Assembly (NCBI GenBank): GCA_964035545.1
Contig: OZ037773.1
Span: forward strand, 5,175,751 to 5,239,750
DNA: 64,000 nucleotides
Direction: 5' to 3'
Origin: Bugula neritina
Lineage: Eukaryota > Animalia > Bryozoa
The translations under genes were made by a program, and so were the position numbers. Shown here piece after piece: positions 48,272-61,895 of the stretch (within the stretch, counting starts at the first letter, position 1; every line of letters starts with the position of its first letter). The notes beneath the pieces are model-generated. The model was not told where the DNA came from, ran no database searches, and was given only the letters and a program-made list of their open reading frames with translations.

Positions 48272-51012
48272 ATGGAGAAGTGGATTGTTGAACTTTTTTG
48301 TCTTGTTTTGTTGTCAAATCTGCATGAGGTTTGTACATTTAAACAATTTTCTGCTTAATGTATATTTCTTGGTATTGTCAGCATAAACTATATAAAAAAT
48401 ATTTGTAATGAAAAAATGATTGGATTTTCTATTAATTACGTACTTTTTCAAAAAATAATAATATATTAGCAGCAAAATGTTATATCTGATTAACAAAACT
48501 TGTATAACCTATTGCAGGAATATATATAGTTGTTTAGTGTCTATGAGTCTGGATAAGGTAGATTGATGATTTAATATTGTATATTATGTGCATGTAACCT
48601 AATTTCAGACTGCAGTCACATGTAACTTGAGCAATTTATTAAAATAATAGAGCTCAACAATGCCTCGACCAACATTGCCCTGACTCTTTTAGAAAATCAA
48701 CCATACAAATTCAGATTAAATAATATATTTCAATTTTAGAGTGTTTATCAAATTTCTTCATAGACCAATAGGATAATTATGCTTCTTTGGTCATTGTCTC
48801 ATATGTCATGTTGTAGGTCGTCACTTTATATGTCAATGTTTGATAGGTCATTATTTTATAGGTTCTTTGTTTTACATAGTTCATTACTTTATACGCAATT
48901 AGTTTATAGGTCATTGTTTCATATGCCATTGGTTTATAGGTCATTGCTTTATAGGTCATGATTTCATATGTCAATGCTTTGCAAATCATTTTGTACATGT
49001 CATTGTTTATAGGTCATTGTTTTATATGCCATTGGTTTACAGGTCATTGCTTTGTAGGTTATCATTTTATAGGTCACTGTTTTATAGGTCATTGGCTTTA
49101 CAGATGCCATATTTAAAACTCAAAACACTACTCAAAGAATACTACTGAACCCTGCTATAGCCAAAGTACCTTGCCGTAGCATCTGTGCTTTAACCTGTCT
49201 AGTAGATGACCGCTGCATCGCATTTGCTTATAATTCATCTGAAGAACTCTGCTATTCTTCTGACCAGATGTCGCTTGCTGAGAACTTAGCTTCTGTCACA
49301 GGCTACGGAATATTGCATGTTAAAAGTTAGTAGCAATGCAATATATTCTCTTTATTTTATTTCATAAAAAGTAATTATAATAAAAGTTTCCTAAAAATGA
49401 AGAATCAAAATTTATCATATGATATTTCAATTTGCTTCTAAATTAAACCACAAAAAAATCAGGTAACTATTCAACATTGATATGTATAACTTGTTAAACC
49501 AGCACACATTACTGTATCAGTTGCAACATATCCTATATGTGTTTTACATAATAACATGGTGTTCTTTAAGTTATTTTGACTTGTGAGAATGGTTGGGTGA
49601 TGAACTCTATCAGCAAGACCTGTGTAAAGATTTTTGGAAAGAAAGCAAATGCAACAACAGCTAGGGAGGATTGCTCAGACCAGCAGGCCAGGCTGGCAGT
49701 GTTTGACAATAAAGAAGCATATGATTGGTTCAAAACATACAGAATTGAAAATAACTGTAAGCTCTTTATTTGCTTAAAATGATTTGCCAATGAAATATTG
49801 TGTTTCTGATGTTTTTGCATAGACATGTCATTCCAGCCAATTGAGTTATGTTTTTATATAGATAAATAGAAGTTATCCTATCTTGTAAAATCCATTTTTT
49901 GTTTTCTGTAAACTTTGCACAAATACTTTATATTTGGTCACAACATTACAAATTTTTGAAGCTCGAAAAGTGTAATTTATTTTGAAAGTTGATTAGGCAA
50001 AAATTAAAAGCATTTTTAACTTTAGCCAACTATAAGTACGGTGCTGAACAACATTTACAATTGATAGTGACAAATAGATAGTAAATAATTATGTGCAATA
50101 GTTAAACAATGTCAGTTGTTGCTTTAATTATGGACTTTGGACAAGTCAGGTTTTATTGTGTTCCGTCATTTTTGATTCATACAAAAAGTATTTGTTTTTG
50201 TTGTTAAAACTATTATCAACAAAACATAGTCTTATCATCGTAATTGAACCAAAATTACAATTTGCAAAACAATACCGAATTTATATCATAAAAATTAATT
50301 AAAGTCAATTTATTTTTATTATTTTAGTTAGATATCTTAATCACTTATATAATGACTAATTATTGCACTGAAATTAACCCAAGTATTTTGCTGTTTTCGC
50401 TAACTTTCAACACTTTGACAAAACTAAACAAAAATGAGTGCAACAATTTTTGGAGAATATAGATTAATATATATGCTTATTATCAAGTGCTAGCTGTAGA
50501 AAAATAGTCCTATTGTCCTTATAGCATAAATATTCACATACATTTTATTTTCTGACATTACTTTATCACAAAGAATAATTAGCACCAAGGATTTTATAGT
50601 CAGCAATCTTGCAATGTTTTGCAATAATATATATAGCTAATAAAACTATTTTAGTAACTTTTATTAGTTTTTTACTTACCTGTTTGCATTCAAAGTTTAT
50701 TTTTGTTGCTAGCAAAAGTAGGTACATGCCTAAGCCTTTTCTAGAACTTGAGCTACATTACATTAGATGTGTATATTGTTGGCAGGGTACAACATACGAA
50801 CATTATGGGTGGGAGCTACGAAAGACACGGTAACAGGAAGCTATAAGTGGGATACTGGAGCTTCAATCCCCAGTGAAGACTTTTACCCAGGAGAGCCCAA
50901 TAAGAATGATGATTGCATTCAAATGCTCTCCGAGGAGAAAAACTTTCAGTACGGTGGTGTGGATTGTAAAAAGCCAAGGAGATATGTTTGTGAAAAGTCT
51001 CTTCTGTTGTAG
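48272..51012 (+). CDS. Lectin gene 10: signal + PAN + C-type lectin (EPN, YGG in place of WND)
   Basis: Exons 48272-48328 (MEKWIVELFCLVLLSNLHE), 49088-49325 (238 nt; ICALTCLVDDRCIAFAYNSSEELC), 49571-49756, 50786-51012. Confidence 0.85.
48785..49100. repeat. 15-bp minisatellite (TTTTATAGGTCATTG-like) running into the gene 10 PAN acceptor
   Basis: Tandem degenerate units, with a paralogous array at ~54275-54565. Confidence 0.85.
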
Positions 51013-51356
51013 ATATATGCACATGAAAAAACTTTGTGTTGCCAAAATATATTATCACAAGCATGTCACTGCACAAACAAGACAATTCAAAAAAGATTTT
51101 CTTTTTTGTATAATTTTGCACACTAAGAAGCTACCAAGCCTTTTATTTTTTATTGTAAGTTTTAAAAGCTTTGTTGTAAAAAAGACATTTAGCTTTACTT
51201 AGTACAGTGTATACTAGCAAATTATGACTGAAAACTAAAGTTTCCTCAAAACTCATGAAAACTTGCTGTATGTGGAACTATGCATATAGCAAAAGCTGTT
51301 ACAATGAGAAGGCTTCGCAACATTAAAGAGCAACAGCATTGTCAAATAAGCTAACT

Positions 51357-51578
51357 CTCACGAAAACTCACGAAAGTTTATAGTCACTAACCCTGTGAGA
51401 AACCCCTGATAGATAGAGTTTTTGTTAAAGCGGGCTAAGGACTTAATTAAATGAGGCGCAGGAGCAAGTATGACTGGATGCTCTTCCTAACATCACCAAT
51501 GGCCTTTGTCAGGGCTCGAACCCATGACCTTCGTGTTTACTAGGCAAACGCTCTAACCCCTAGACCACAGCTGCTCCC
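51357..51578 (-). mobile_element. tRNA-derived SINE, best-preserved copy
   Basis: Perfect 17-bp TSD TGTCAAATAAGCTAACT (51340-51356 and 51579-51595), A/B boxes, and a short tandem CGTGAG tail. Confidence 0.9.
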
Positions 51579-52479
51579 TGTCAAATAAGCTAACTATATA
51601 TTATAAATTCGAACCGTTAAGGAAAAAAAATCATCCTGTCCAATACATCCAAATTTACTGAAAATTATGAAAAAATGCAGAAAATCAAGCCAAGCTAAAA
51701 AAGATAACTCGATTATTCAGCTGTATTTGTTAATATTTAATTAGTGCAGGGCAAGAAACCATATGCAGTAGGAGCTAAATTGTGAAAAAGAGGCAAAAAG
51801 CAGAGATGTTGATCAAGCTTGCATACATGTATATAACTAAATTAAGTAAAGTGACCCAAAAATATCTCTAAAATCTCACAAAAAAATTCAAAATTTCAGT
51901 TTTAGATACATTGATTGATATTTAGGCATATTGTATTTGTTTATTTGAAAAACAAGTTGATAATTCTGCGACTTTTAGTGGTGTGTGGATGGATGCAGTT
52001 TGCAAGAGCAGTTTGATTTTCCAATTAATATCTTATTGAAAAATATTTAAAGCCTGTAACGCCTATAATGGAATTAGTATTTATAGTAGTGTTGATGCTA
52101 AAAAGTAACTGCAAACTTGCTATTCTGCAAATTATAAGCTATATAGCCGTTACTATAATATTATATGTACTAAAGGCTGTAATATCTACCTTCATTTATT
52201 CAAAGTCTGTTGATAATTACTAATATTATATGACTGAAAGTCTTTTATTTCAATTCATTTAATTTAACCGATAGAACTTCAAAATATTTTAAAACAGCTT
52301 TAAAAAGTTACAAATCAGTAAAGTTTAAAACGCAAAAGAGCTTCCTTACAGTATGTATATTTGAGTAAATGAGGTCCCATTAATTATACAGCTTATAGCA
52401 ATTATTATGAGTTTACTATATTTCTAACTCTTTTGTATCTCTGACAAAGTTAGCTTCTGTGTATCCCAATTGACCGTCT

Positions 52480-52776
<297 letters not shown>

Positions 52777-53902
52777 TGATCACAATAATTATCTGAAATT
52801 ACTTGGCAGCAATTACTACATGTGATAAACTAAAATATATAAGTAACTATAACTAGCAACTATATAGTACCTGTATCTTTATGATCATTATGCATGTGAT
52901 CTTTATATGTATTTCCATACACTGGTAGTGTTATAAGCAAGTACAAATGCACTTAAAATGCTATTAATACACATGAACAAGTTTTTTTAAAACCTTCATA
53001 CACATCAAGAGGCACCTGTAAATCTGTGATAATAATAAGCAATCTATACTAGTTTCTATGTATGCAGAGCCCTAAAACCTTTACTGTGTGCCAGTTGTCA
53101 GCACTGGTTTTATAAAATGATAACCCTTCCAGTGCAAACATTGCCTAGCCATAATTTTGGAATTTTTCAACGGTATAAAAAAGCTTTGAATTTGTCTTCT
53201 CATCCTTAAAGGTTGAGTCTAAAATATTGGTGATGTCAGGTAAAGCAGTTGGTCATAGGTTCTTTTCTGCCATGCAGAGAAAGCTCTCAAAAGAGTTTAC
53301 CAGCATGTGGTAAGATATCAGCTTAACCCAAGTAAAAACTCTTGGAGTCAAGAGTTTTTCAAAGGAGTATGGAAACACCACGGAATTTTTATGTATAGTA
53401 GCTGTCACCGACTGTTCAAACACGATATTATTTTGCTGTAAAAAAACTTTTCCTATAAATTGGCTTTTATCTAATCTATACAACTGTTACTATACCTGTA
53501 ACATATATTAATCAGTTAGAGCTGCTATTTTAAAAGCAGAAAAGATTACTGTTTAATCTATAAATATAACTTCACAATTTACTTTTCACAAACAAAATAT
53601 TTGTCTAAGGATTGCAAGCTGAGCTTTAGTGTGTAAGTATATTTGAATGTCATATAATATGTAGAATGATTTTTCCAATATCACTAAATATCAAAATACG
53701 TAATTCTTCCAGTTCAGGAAATGTATTTCTGATCGATATGCATGTCGTTAGATATTTTTGCTTTATTGATTTTTCTGAACTTTGAAACAATTATATAGCT
53801 GCCAGATTTAAATATTTAACGATCAATCAAATTATACCTTACTGATTTCATAACCATAATTGTCACCGCTAGTCAGTCATGCATGAGGTCTCAGTAAAGG
53901 AA

Positions 53903-55673
53903 ATGGATAAGTGTGTTGCTGAACTTTTTATCCTCATTTTGATGTCAAATCTGGTTGAGGTTTGTGAATCTTTAAAAAATTATCTGCTCAACATATTATA
54001 TGATTCCTGGTGATACAGCAAAAACTATATATGTAAGAAATAATGTTTAATCCAAAATTGATTAGCATTTTTATATGTACTTCAAGTTGGAAAATTTAAA
54101 TTAGTAGAAGCCTGTTATATATATAGCTAATAATGCTTTAAAACATTACAGGAACATTATATAATAGTCTATTATAGTGTATATGAATTTGGATATTGTA
54201 GATCAATTAATATTAAATTATTGCAATTTTTAAGCATGAGTAAAATGTCTTCAAACCAGGAAGAACATCTTTCTTAGGTCATCAATTTATAATTCATTGG
54301 TTTATAGGTCATTGTTTTATATGTTATTGTTTTATTATAGGTATAATATTGGTTTATAGGTCATTGTCTTATAGTTCATTGGCTTTGTAGGTCATTGTTT
54401 TATATAGGTCATTGCTTTATAGGTCATGATTTCATATGTCATTGCTTTGCAAATCATTTTGTACATGTCATTGTTTATAGGTCATTGTTTTATATGCCAT
54501 TGGTTTACAGGTCATTGCTTTGTAGGTTATCATTTTATAGGTCACTGTTTTATAGGTCATTGGCTTTACCGATGCCATATTTAAAACTCAAAACACTACT
54601 CAGAGAGTACTACTCAACCCTGCTATAGCCAAAATACCATCTCGTAACACCTGTGCTATATAACCTGTTTGGTGGATGACCGCTGCATCGCATTTGCTTA
54701 TAATTCATCTGAGGAACTTTGCTATTCTTCTGACCAAATGTCGTCTGCTGAGAACTTAGCTTCTGTCACAGGCTATGAAATATTACATGTTAAAAGTTAG
54801 TAATAATGCAATATATTTTCTTTATTTTTATTTCATAAAAAGTAATTATAATAAGACTCCTACAATAAATGGTGGGGAGAATCAAAGTCTATTAGACGAT
54901 ATTTTAATTTGTTTCTAAATTAAACTATAAAAGATCACGTAATTATTTTACATTGATGCATTTTTGAGCAAGCACAAGCCTCAAGCACTATTGTAGCAAC
55001 TGTATAGTCTTTTCTAAGTATTTTGCATAACATGGTGTTTTGTTAGTTTTGACTTGTGAGGATGATTGCATGGGTAATGAACTCCATCAGCAAGACCTGT
55101 GTAAGTATTATCCGAAAGAAAGCAAATGTGACAACAGCCCGAGAGCTTTGCTCAAAGCAGCAGGCAAGGCTGGCAGTGTTTGACAATAAAGAAGCGTATG
55201 ATTGGTTCACAACATACAGGATTGAAAATAACTGTAAGCTCTTTATTTGCTCTTTATAAAGCTATTTGTCAATAAAACAACACATAGTGGTTCTGAGTCT
55301 ATTGGGTTGTTTTATGGCAGTTAAACAGAAGTTATTTTTCCTACAAAATTCATATTTGGTCACACCATCACAAAATTTAAAACTAGAAAAGTGTTGGTTT
55401 GACACTCGATTAGCCAAAGAATCTTTGTATATGTGTATATTGTTGACAGGGTATCTCACAGTCCCAGTAACAGTGGGGGCTACGAGAGACATAGTAACAG
55501 GAAGCTATAAGTGGGATACTGGAGCTTCAATCCCCATTGAAGACTTCTACAAAGGAGCATCAAAAAAGAAGAAAGATTGCATTCAAATGCTCTCCAAGAA
55601 GAAAAACGTTCAATACGATGATTTGGATTGCACAAAGCGATTGAGATATGTTTGCGAAAAGTCCCTGATGTAG
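53903..55673 (+). pseudogene. Lectin gene 11: disabled duplicate of gene 10
   Basis: Exons 53903-53959, 54556-54795, 55047-55233, 55450-55673. A +2 nt insertion near 54660 gives an immediate TAA. A +4 nt insertion lies near 55067-55070. EPN is replaced by ASK. Confidence 0.8.
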
Positions 55674-56883
55674 TATTGTTGCAGGAGCTTTTTTGTTAGC
55701 TTTCAGAAAACCATTGTGTAACGAAAGCTTTTTGTGAAAGCTTTCGCGATAGCTATTTACTGGCAGTTTTTGTTCAATGAGTCAGTGTAGCTCAGTTTTT
55801 CTCCTACTAAAATTGCAGGCAATATATGTTTAAAGTCAAAATAATTATAAATATCAAGTATTATATTATCTTTTGTTTTGAACTTCATTAACTAAATGCT
55901 TTGTCAGCTATCTAATTAATGTTAAGTTAACAAGATGTTTGTAATTTTCATGGTTATAGGTTACAGTATGAGTTTAAGTATGAGTGTGAGTTCGAGTCTA
56001 AATCTATCTTAGAAAATATACTGTTGGCAATAAACAAAAAGTAGAGTTGAGGCCTGCTTCTGTATCCTCTATTCATTCACCTTCTATTAAGTGAATCACA
56101 ATACATAGGCATCTGTGCCAAACAGCACCTGCAACAATTATCAGCTGATACAGTAACCATTATCAGCTGTCACAAGTATATAGATACCTGTTTGGTGTAT
56201 AACAAAACATTGTGTAGCTAAAAGTTTGTATTGAATGCATGTCACTAGCTGTGAAAACTTCGGGTTTATTAAAAAAGTTAGAAAATATAGTTTTTAGTTC
56301 TGTACAGCTTTCCATATCATGACACTACCAAATCTTTGTCTTCTATATTGTAAATTTTTTTGTGACTTTACATGAAGTGCTTGATAGTTTATAAGGCATA
56401 ATATATATTCATTTGAAAACTTAATTTGATTATCTCAAATAATGTTTTATTAAAAAATGAGCTGAAAAATTTCAATGCCATAAATTTAGTGTTCACAGTA
56501 GTGTAGATGGTAGACGGTAACCACAAACTTGTTATTCATCAAATTATAAATAACATGCTATATTACTATATGTGTTAATTAGGGTTACAATATCTACCAC
56601 AACTTATTCAAAGTATAAGCTTGATAATTATTACTATTATACTATCTGAAATAAATTATATTATTTCAATTCCTTAATTAATATAAATGTTAAAAATTTT
56701 AATCTTTAAACAACTTTCAAAAAATACAAATCATTAAAGTTTGAAAAGGAAAAAAATAATTCTTTATAGTAAACTTCAGTGGCTGAAATCCTATTAGTCG
56801 TCAATTAGTATGAGCTTATTACTTTTGATTTGTTTTATATATAATTGATAAGTTTAATTCGCCTGTCTCCTAATTCATTTGCT

Positions 56884-56927
56884 TGTCTGTATGCCTGTCT
56901 GTATGTCTGTCTGTCTGTATATCTGTA

Positions 56928-56958
<31 letters not shown>

Positions 56959-57373
56959 ATATCTGTATGTCTGTCTGTCTGTCTGTATATCTGTCTGTCT
57001 GTCTGTCTGTCTGTCTGTATATCTGTCTGTATATCTGTCTGTCTGTCTGTCTGTATATCTGTCTGTATATCTGTATGTCTGTCTGTCTGTATATTTGTCT
57101 GTCTGTATGTCTGTATGTCTGTCTCTCTGTCTGTCTATCTGTATGTCTGTCTGTATATCTGTATGTCTGTCTCTCTGTCTGTCTGTCTGTATGTCTGTCT
57201 GTCTATCTGTCTGTTTGTCTGTCTGTCCATCTGTCCGTCTGTCCGTCTGTCCGTTCGTCCGTCCGCTCATTCGTCCGTCCGTCCGTCAGTCCGTCCGTCC
57301 GTCCGTCCGTCCGTCCGTCCGTCCGTCCGTCCGTCCGTCCGTCCGTCTGTCCATCCGTCTGTCTGCCTGTCTG
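56884..57373. repeat. (TCTG/CCGT)n compound microsatellite
   Basis: Direct inspection. Its flanks resemble those of 52480-52776. Confidence 0.95.
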
Positions 57374-59600
57374 TTATAACAAGAATTATCTAAAACTATA
57401 GTTGGCAGCAATTAGTGCGTGTCATAAACAGAACAGAGAATAACTGGCAGCTATAGTATTATATGTATCTGTACATTATATGTGGTCTATATGTTTCCAT
57501 ATTTAACTGCATATATTTGCATGTATTGATTTTTATAATTACTATTTACTAAACATGTAGTCAGTGTTTATATATAAATATTTATTTATACAACCAGCTA
57601 CAGCAGTTTCTATGTAACAAAACGCCTATTATAGCAAACTTATTAGATACGAATTTATAGAAAGTCTCTAAAATATGCATGAAAATAAAAATGATTTATT
57701 ATAATCAAAAGTATTTTGTTATATATACTGCAAAGTCAAATTATTTTGTATGAAGTTTACTCAAGTTGTTTGTTTGCATCATTTTGAAATTTGTTTAAAT
57801 ATTCCTTTAATGAATCTTAAAGATAAAAATATAAAACAGTTATAATGAGTATAATATCTGTAAAACAAACTTTTATATCTTACAACGAAAGGCCATGGAA
57901 TGAATAGGCAAATTGAAAGCAAGAATAATATTAAGATAACATATTTTATTCCAAAATTATTTTCTACTATTGTCATTTTAGCATATGATAAGTGATCCAT
58001 TATTATTGTTTGCAGCTTTAAAAGGCTTACATTCACTAGATAAATCCACATGCATGACATCTTTACAAACAAAATATTGCTTAATTACAGCCATGTTTTA
58101 TTTGAATTGCTTGTACATCCAAATTTTTTTGGCCAAAATTAAACTTTGTTGACACAAAAAGAGCAATCATATCGGAGTTTATAATTAGGCAAATTGAACA
58201 ATAAAATAATGTTGCATTATTTACAGTTTCAACTGAAATCCCTCACAACCAAAAGCTAAATTCAAACATGAAGGTAATCCGGTTTTGCATAAAAATAATG
58301 ATTTCCTGGTGTGCATGAGTAATTTAAAATAAATCACATGATATACTTCAAAATATCAAGCTATAAAATAGCTCTTAACTTTAGGGATTTATAGTTGGTA
58401 TGACAAATATTATAACACAGATGTTTTTATTGGTCATCACTTAGCCAATCAAATAGCAATGTGATTATAAATGAGAATAGTCTTGGAAACTTTGCCAGCA
58501 CTTCCTCATTCCTGTATACCTGGCTGTTTACCCATAATCCTAGATTAAAAGATAGCCTTAATTACAATCGTTTTGCAAATCATGACTAATTATAAAACTA
58601 CACCAAGTTTTATGTTTTAAGCAACATGCGTGAATTTGCTAAAGAGAACGCTTCATTTTAGTACTTGAATGTGTGAATATATAACATCAAAAACATAATG
58701 TTTAAAATTGACGATAACAACCTGATTATTATTATATAACATTATTAAGTAAATTTGCAGAGGAACAACTTGTGCTATAATTTAAAGCTATAGCTTGAAT
58801 AGATATAAAAGAGTGTTATCATTATGTTACTAGAGAGTAATTAAACAATAATTGTATTTTTTATATAGCCTATTTGATTCTGCAGTATATGTATGCATTT
58901 GCCTTAGAAGTATAAACTATGCACACATATAACGTGCCACAGAAGTGATTCAGTCTATATATGTTTACAGAAGCACAAGTCCGTATATGTGGGGCAGATA
59001 ATTCCAATTTTGAGTTTTTTTTATTTACAACTAGTAAAAAGAACAAAACATGCTCATTGGCTGTTGTTTATTAGATCATACAGCAAATTTTTTTCCACGT
59101 ACTATCAACAAGTAATATTAACCCATTTTGCCAAATTTTAAACTTCGTTATTGCTCAATTTGTCGAAAACTATCAAGAAGTATAAAAATAATTTTGTTAT
59201 TTGCCACAATCTGGTTATAATACTTTGGAATTTAATCTGATCTGGCAAAGGAGATGTTTATTTGGCAACTTATGATATTTATTGGTCTATTGCACATGAT
59301 TATTATTATAAGTCATATCACGGCCTGGTACCACACTCCAGTATATATAGAAGGCGTAGCATTTCATTACATCTATATATCAATTATTTGATAGAAGAAC
59401 CATTTAACTTACTGCACATGATCAATTCTTAGGTAAGGTATTTATTTTTACTAGCATCAGCTTATAAACATTATCTGTTATATTATGATGACAGATAATA
59501 TGTATTTAATACTGTGAGTGTTTTCACAGCCACTGATATATTGCGTTTGCAGGTAGATTATAGAAGTAGACTGGTTTGAAAATACCTGAAAGAAATCAAT

Positions 59601-60288
59601 ATGAAGTTCGTTTCAATGAGTTTATTCGTTGTCTTTGTGATCTTTAGCATAAGTAAGTACTCTATTAAATTCAGCTTTTGCAATGTGAAATGTGCTAATT
59701 TATAAAAACTCTGTAGGCCTATAAGTCACAACATGGGAACAAATTTGATATGACAAGTCAATCACTTAAGGCACCGTTAAATGTTTCTATTCCATAGTAT
59801 GCTTTGTCATATGATATTAAAAGAAAGATATTTTTTGTATTGTATTACAGGCTACTATAATATATAATTTGTTTTATAGTATTACTTCCATATTAAGTTA
59901 CAATGCTGTAATAATTCTCTTGTTATGTTATTATCATAATATGATAATAATAAATCCTATATTATAGGATTTATTATTTTCATATTATCTTAAACTAATG
60001 TGAATTGTAATATTATATTAAACGATATTATATTGAACTATAAATAGCATGAAAGTTTATTTCATTTTTATTGGACTCGATACAATTATTTTAAACTACT
60101 GTATAGGTTCTAGAGTAGAAGCAGGATGCACAACCAATCAAATCAGAGGTTGTAACTCAATATGCTGGAAACTGTATGAAGATCCAACCATAAAAGGTTC
60201 ATGTGTTTCGGTGCAGGGAAATCAATTCCCATTCTGCTACTGCATTAAAATCTCTACTCTCGGGCTACCAAAAAGAAGTGGGGCATAG
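59601..60288 (+). CDS. Secreted 6-Cys CS-alpha-beta defensin-like peptide
   Basis: Exons 59601-59652 (MKFVSMSLFVVFVIFSI, phase 1) and 60107-60288 (SSRVEA-GCTTNQIRGCNSICWKLYEDPTIKGSCVSVQGNQFPFCYCIKISTLGLPKRSGA*). Spacing C-x7-C-x3-C-x12-C-x10-C-x-C. A TATA-like motif is at ~59342, and a likely UTR intron spans 59433-59552. Confidence 0.8.
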
Positions 60289-61118
60289 AAAACGATCTGT
60301 TTGTTATAAATTCTTTGCCAATTTTGGATTAATTTTACATTATCCTAAACTGTTGTTTAGTTGTCAAAGAAAGCTTTTAAGTGTCTAACCTCAACAGCTC
60401 AATTAATATTGTATAATATCTTTATATGATATATATTATCATATTGTATTCCATTCTATACTATATTAAGTATTATGTTGCTTTTTATATTATTTAAACT
60501 TGTATGGTTATAAATGTTTTCTTTTTCAAATTTTAATGCTATACGTGTCATTATCTATCAAAATTATTTGTGTTTTATCTTTTTACACATACTTGCCACT
60601 TAATTAAAGAGAGAAAATAAATTAACAATTAGAACGATAACAAAAGTTTTTAAGTTTTATATTGAATAAACTAACTCACTTTATGCCATATAGTCTCAAA
60701 AATTTTATCCTAGCAATTCTATATAATAGACTGTTCTGTAAAAAAAGGCATTGTAATATGCAAGATTCGTACAGTATTCGTGTCAATAATTGTGGGGTTG
60801 ATCAAAGTTTAATAAATTAATTGCAGTATCAAAAAAAGCTTTACTTGGGGAAAAATACAGTACATGTTTTTTAAATATCATATCTTCAACAACTTGTAGG
60901 TTGTTGGTTCAGAATTGCTGAAAGGTTGCAAGTTTGAATTGAGTTTTTGATGAGAATTTGCAAACGACAATGACCTGTAAGAATTGATTTCAAATAATTA
61001 CTCACATATGCAAAGTCTAGGCCATAGTTCAATATAGGTCATAGTTCATTATAGGTCATAGTTCAATATAGGCCATAGTTCCTTAAAGGTCATAGTTCAT
61101 TAAAGGTCATAGTTCATT

Positions 61119-61895
61119 CACGGGCTTTCCATGTACCGATCTCAGATCGATCTCGCTAAGATCGATCTGAGAAATGTGCTCAGATCGATCGTTTTTCCAT
61201 GAGAGTGTCAGATCGATCTCACGAAGTTGCCTCCTCTTAAGTGAAGGATACTTTAAAAGTATAATTTGTTCACCTATTTGAGTGATCAAAGCTACTACTG
61301 TTGAAAACAAGACGGTCGTAGTCTAAAATTTAATCCCAGCTATAAACTATACGCAGCAAAGCTTTCAGTGTATGGTAATTTGGCCAATTTATAATAATTA
61401 TTTTTAATTTTGTAGCTTGACAGCTTATATAAAATTAATGGCTGTCTTGCAGATTATTAATAAACTTACAGGAATGTTAGGCTTGAAATTACAAAGAAAA
61501 TATAGCTAATGAAACTAAGTTTTAATAGTCATTTAAATTCAATTTAAATTCTCCCATTTTTTACCTCCTACTGCATATAATTGAGTTTTCTTAATCATTG
61601 TACTGAAAGTCAAAGTTTTGGCATCTAAAAAGGTGGCTATCATAATTATTTAATACTTTGCTTAGTAATTATCAACAAGTTATCATTTTTATTAGCAGAC
61701 AACATTGTAGCGCGCAGTCTTTTTCTCCTTCTCAGATCGATCTGGCGTCTTTCCATGGTCTTATTGACATGAGATCGATCTGAGTTCGAGCTCTACAGAC
61801 CGACCAGCTCAGATCGACGGAGATCGATCTTTGGCGTCTTTCCATGGATCGATCTCGCTGAGATCGATCTGAGATCGGTACATGGAAAGCCGGTG
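61119..61895. mobile_element. Non-autonomous TIR DNA transposon (777 bp)
   Basis: ~50-bp TIRs (CACGGGCTTTCCATGTACCGATCTCAGATCGATCTC... / ...GAGATCGGTACATGGAAAGCCGGTG), a 3-bp TSD ATT, and repeated subterminal AGATCGATC motifs. It interrupts a 17-bp tandem repeat. Confidence 0.85.

Noticed and set aside
51500-51578. tRNA genes at SINE heads
   Set aside because: A/B boxes are present, but the heads continue into a shared repeat body with TSDs and I found no convincing cloverleaf.
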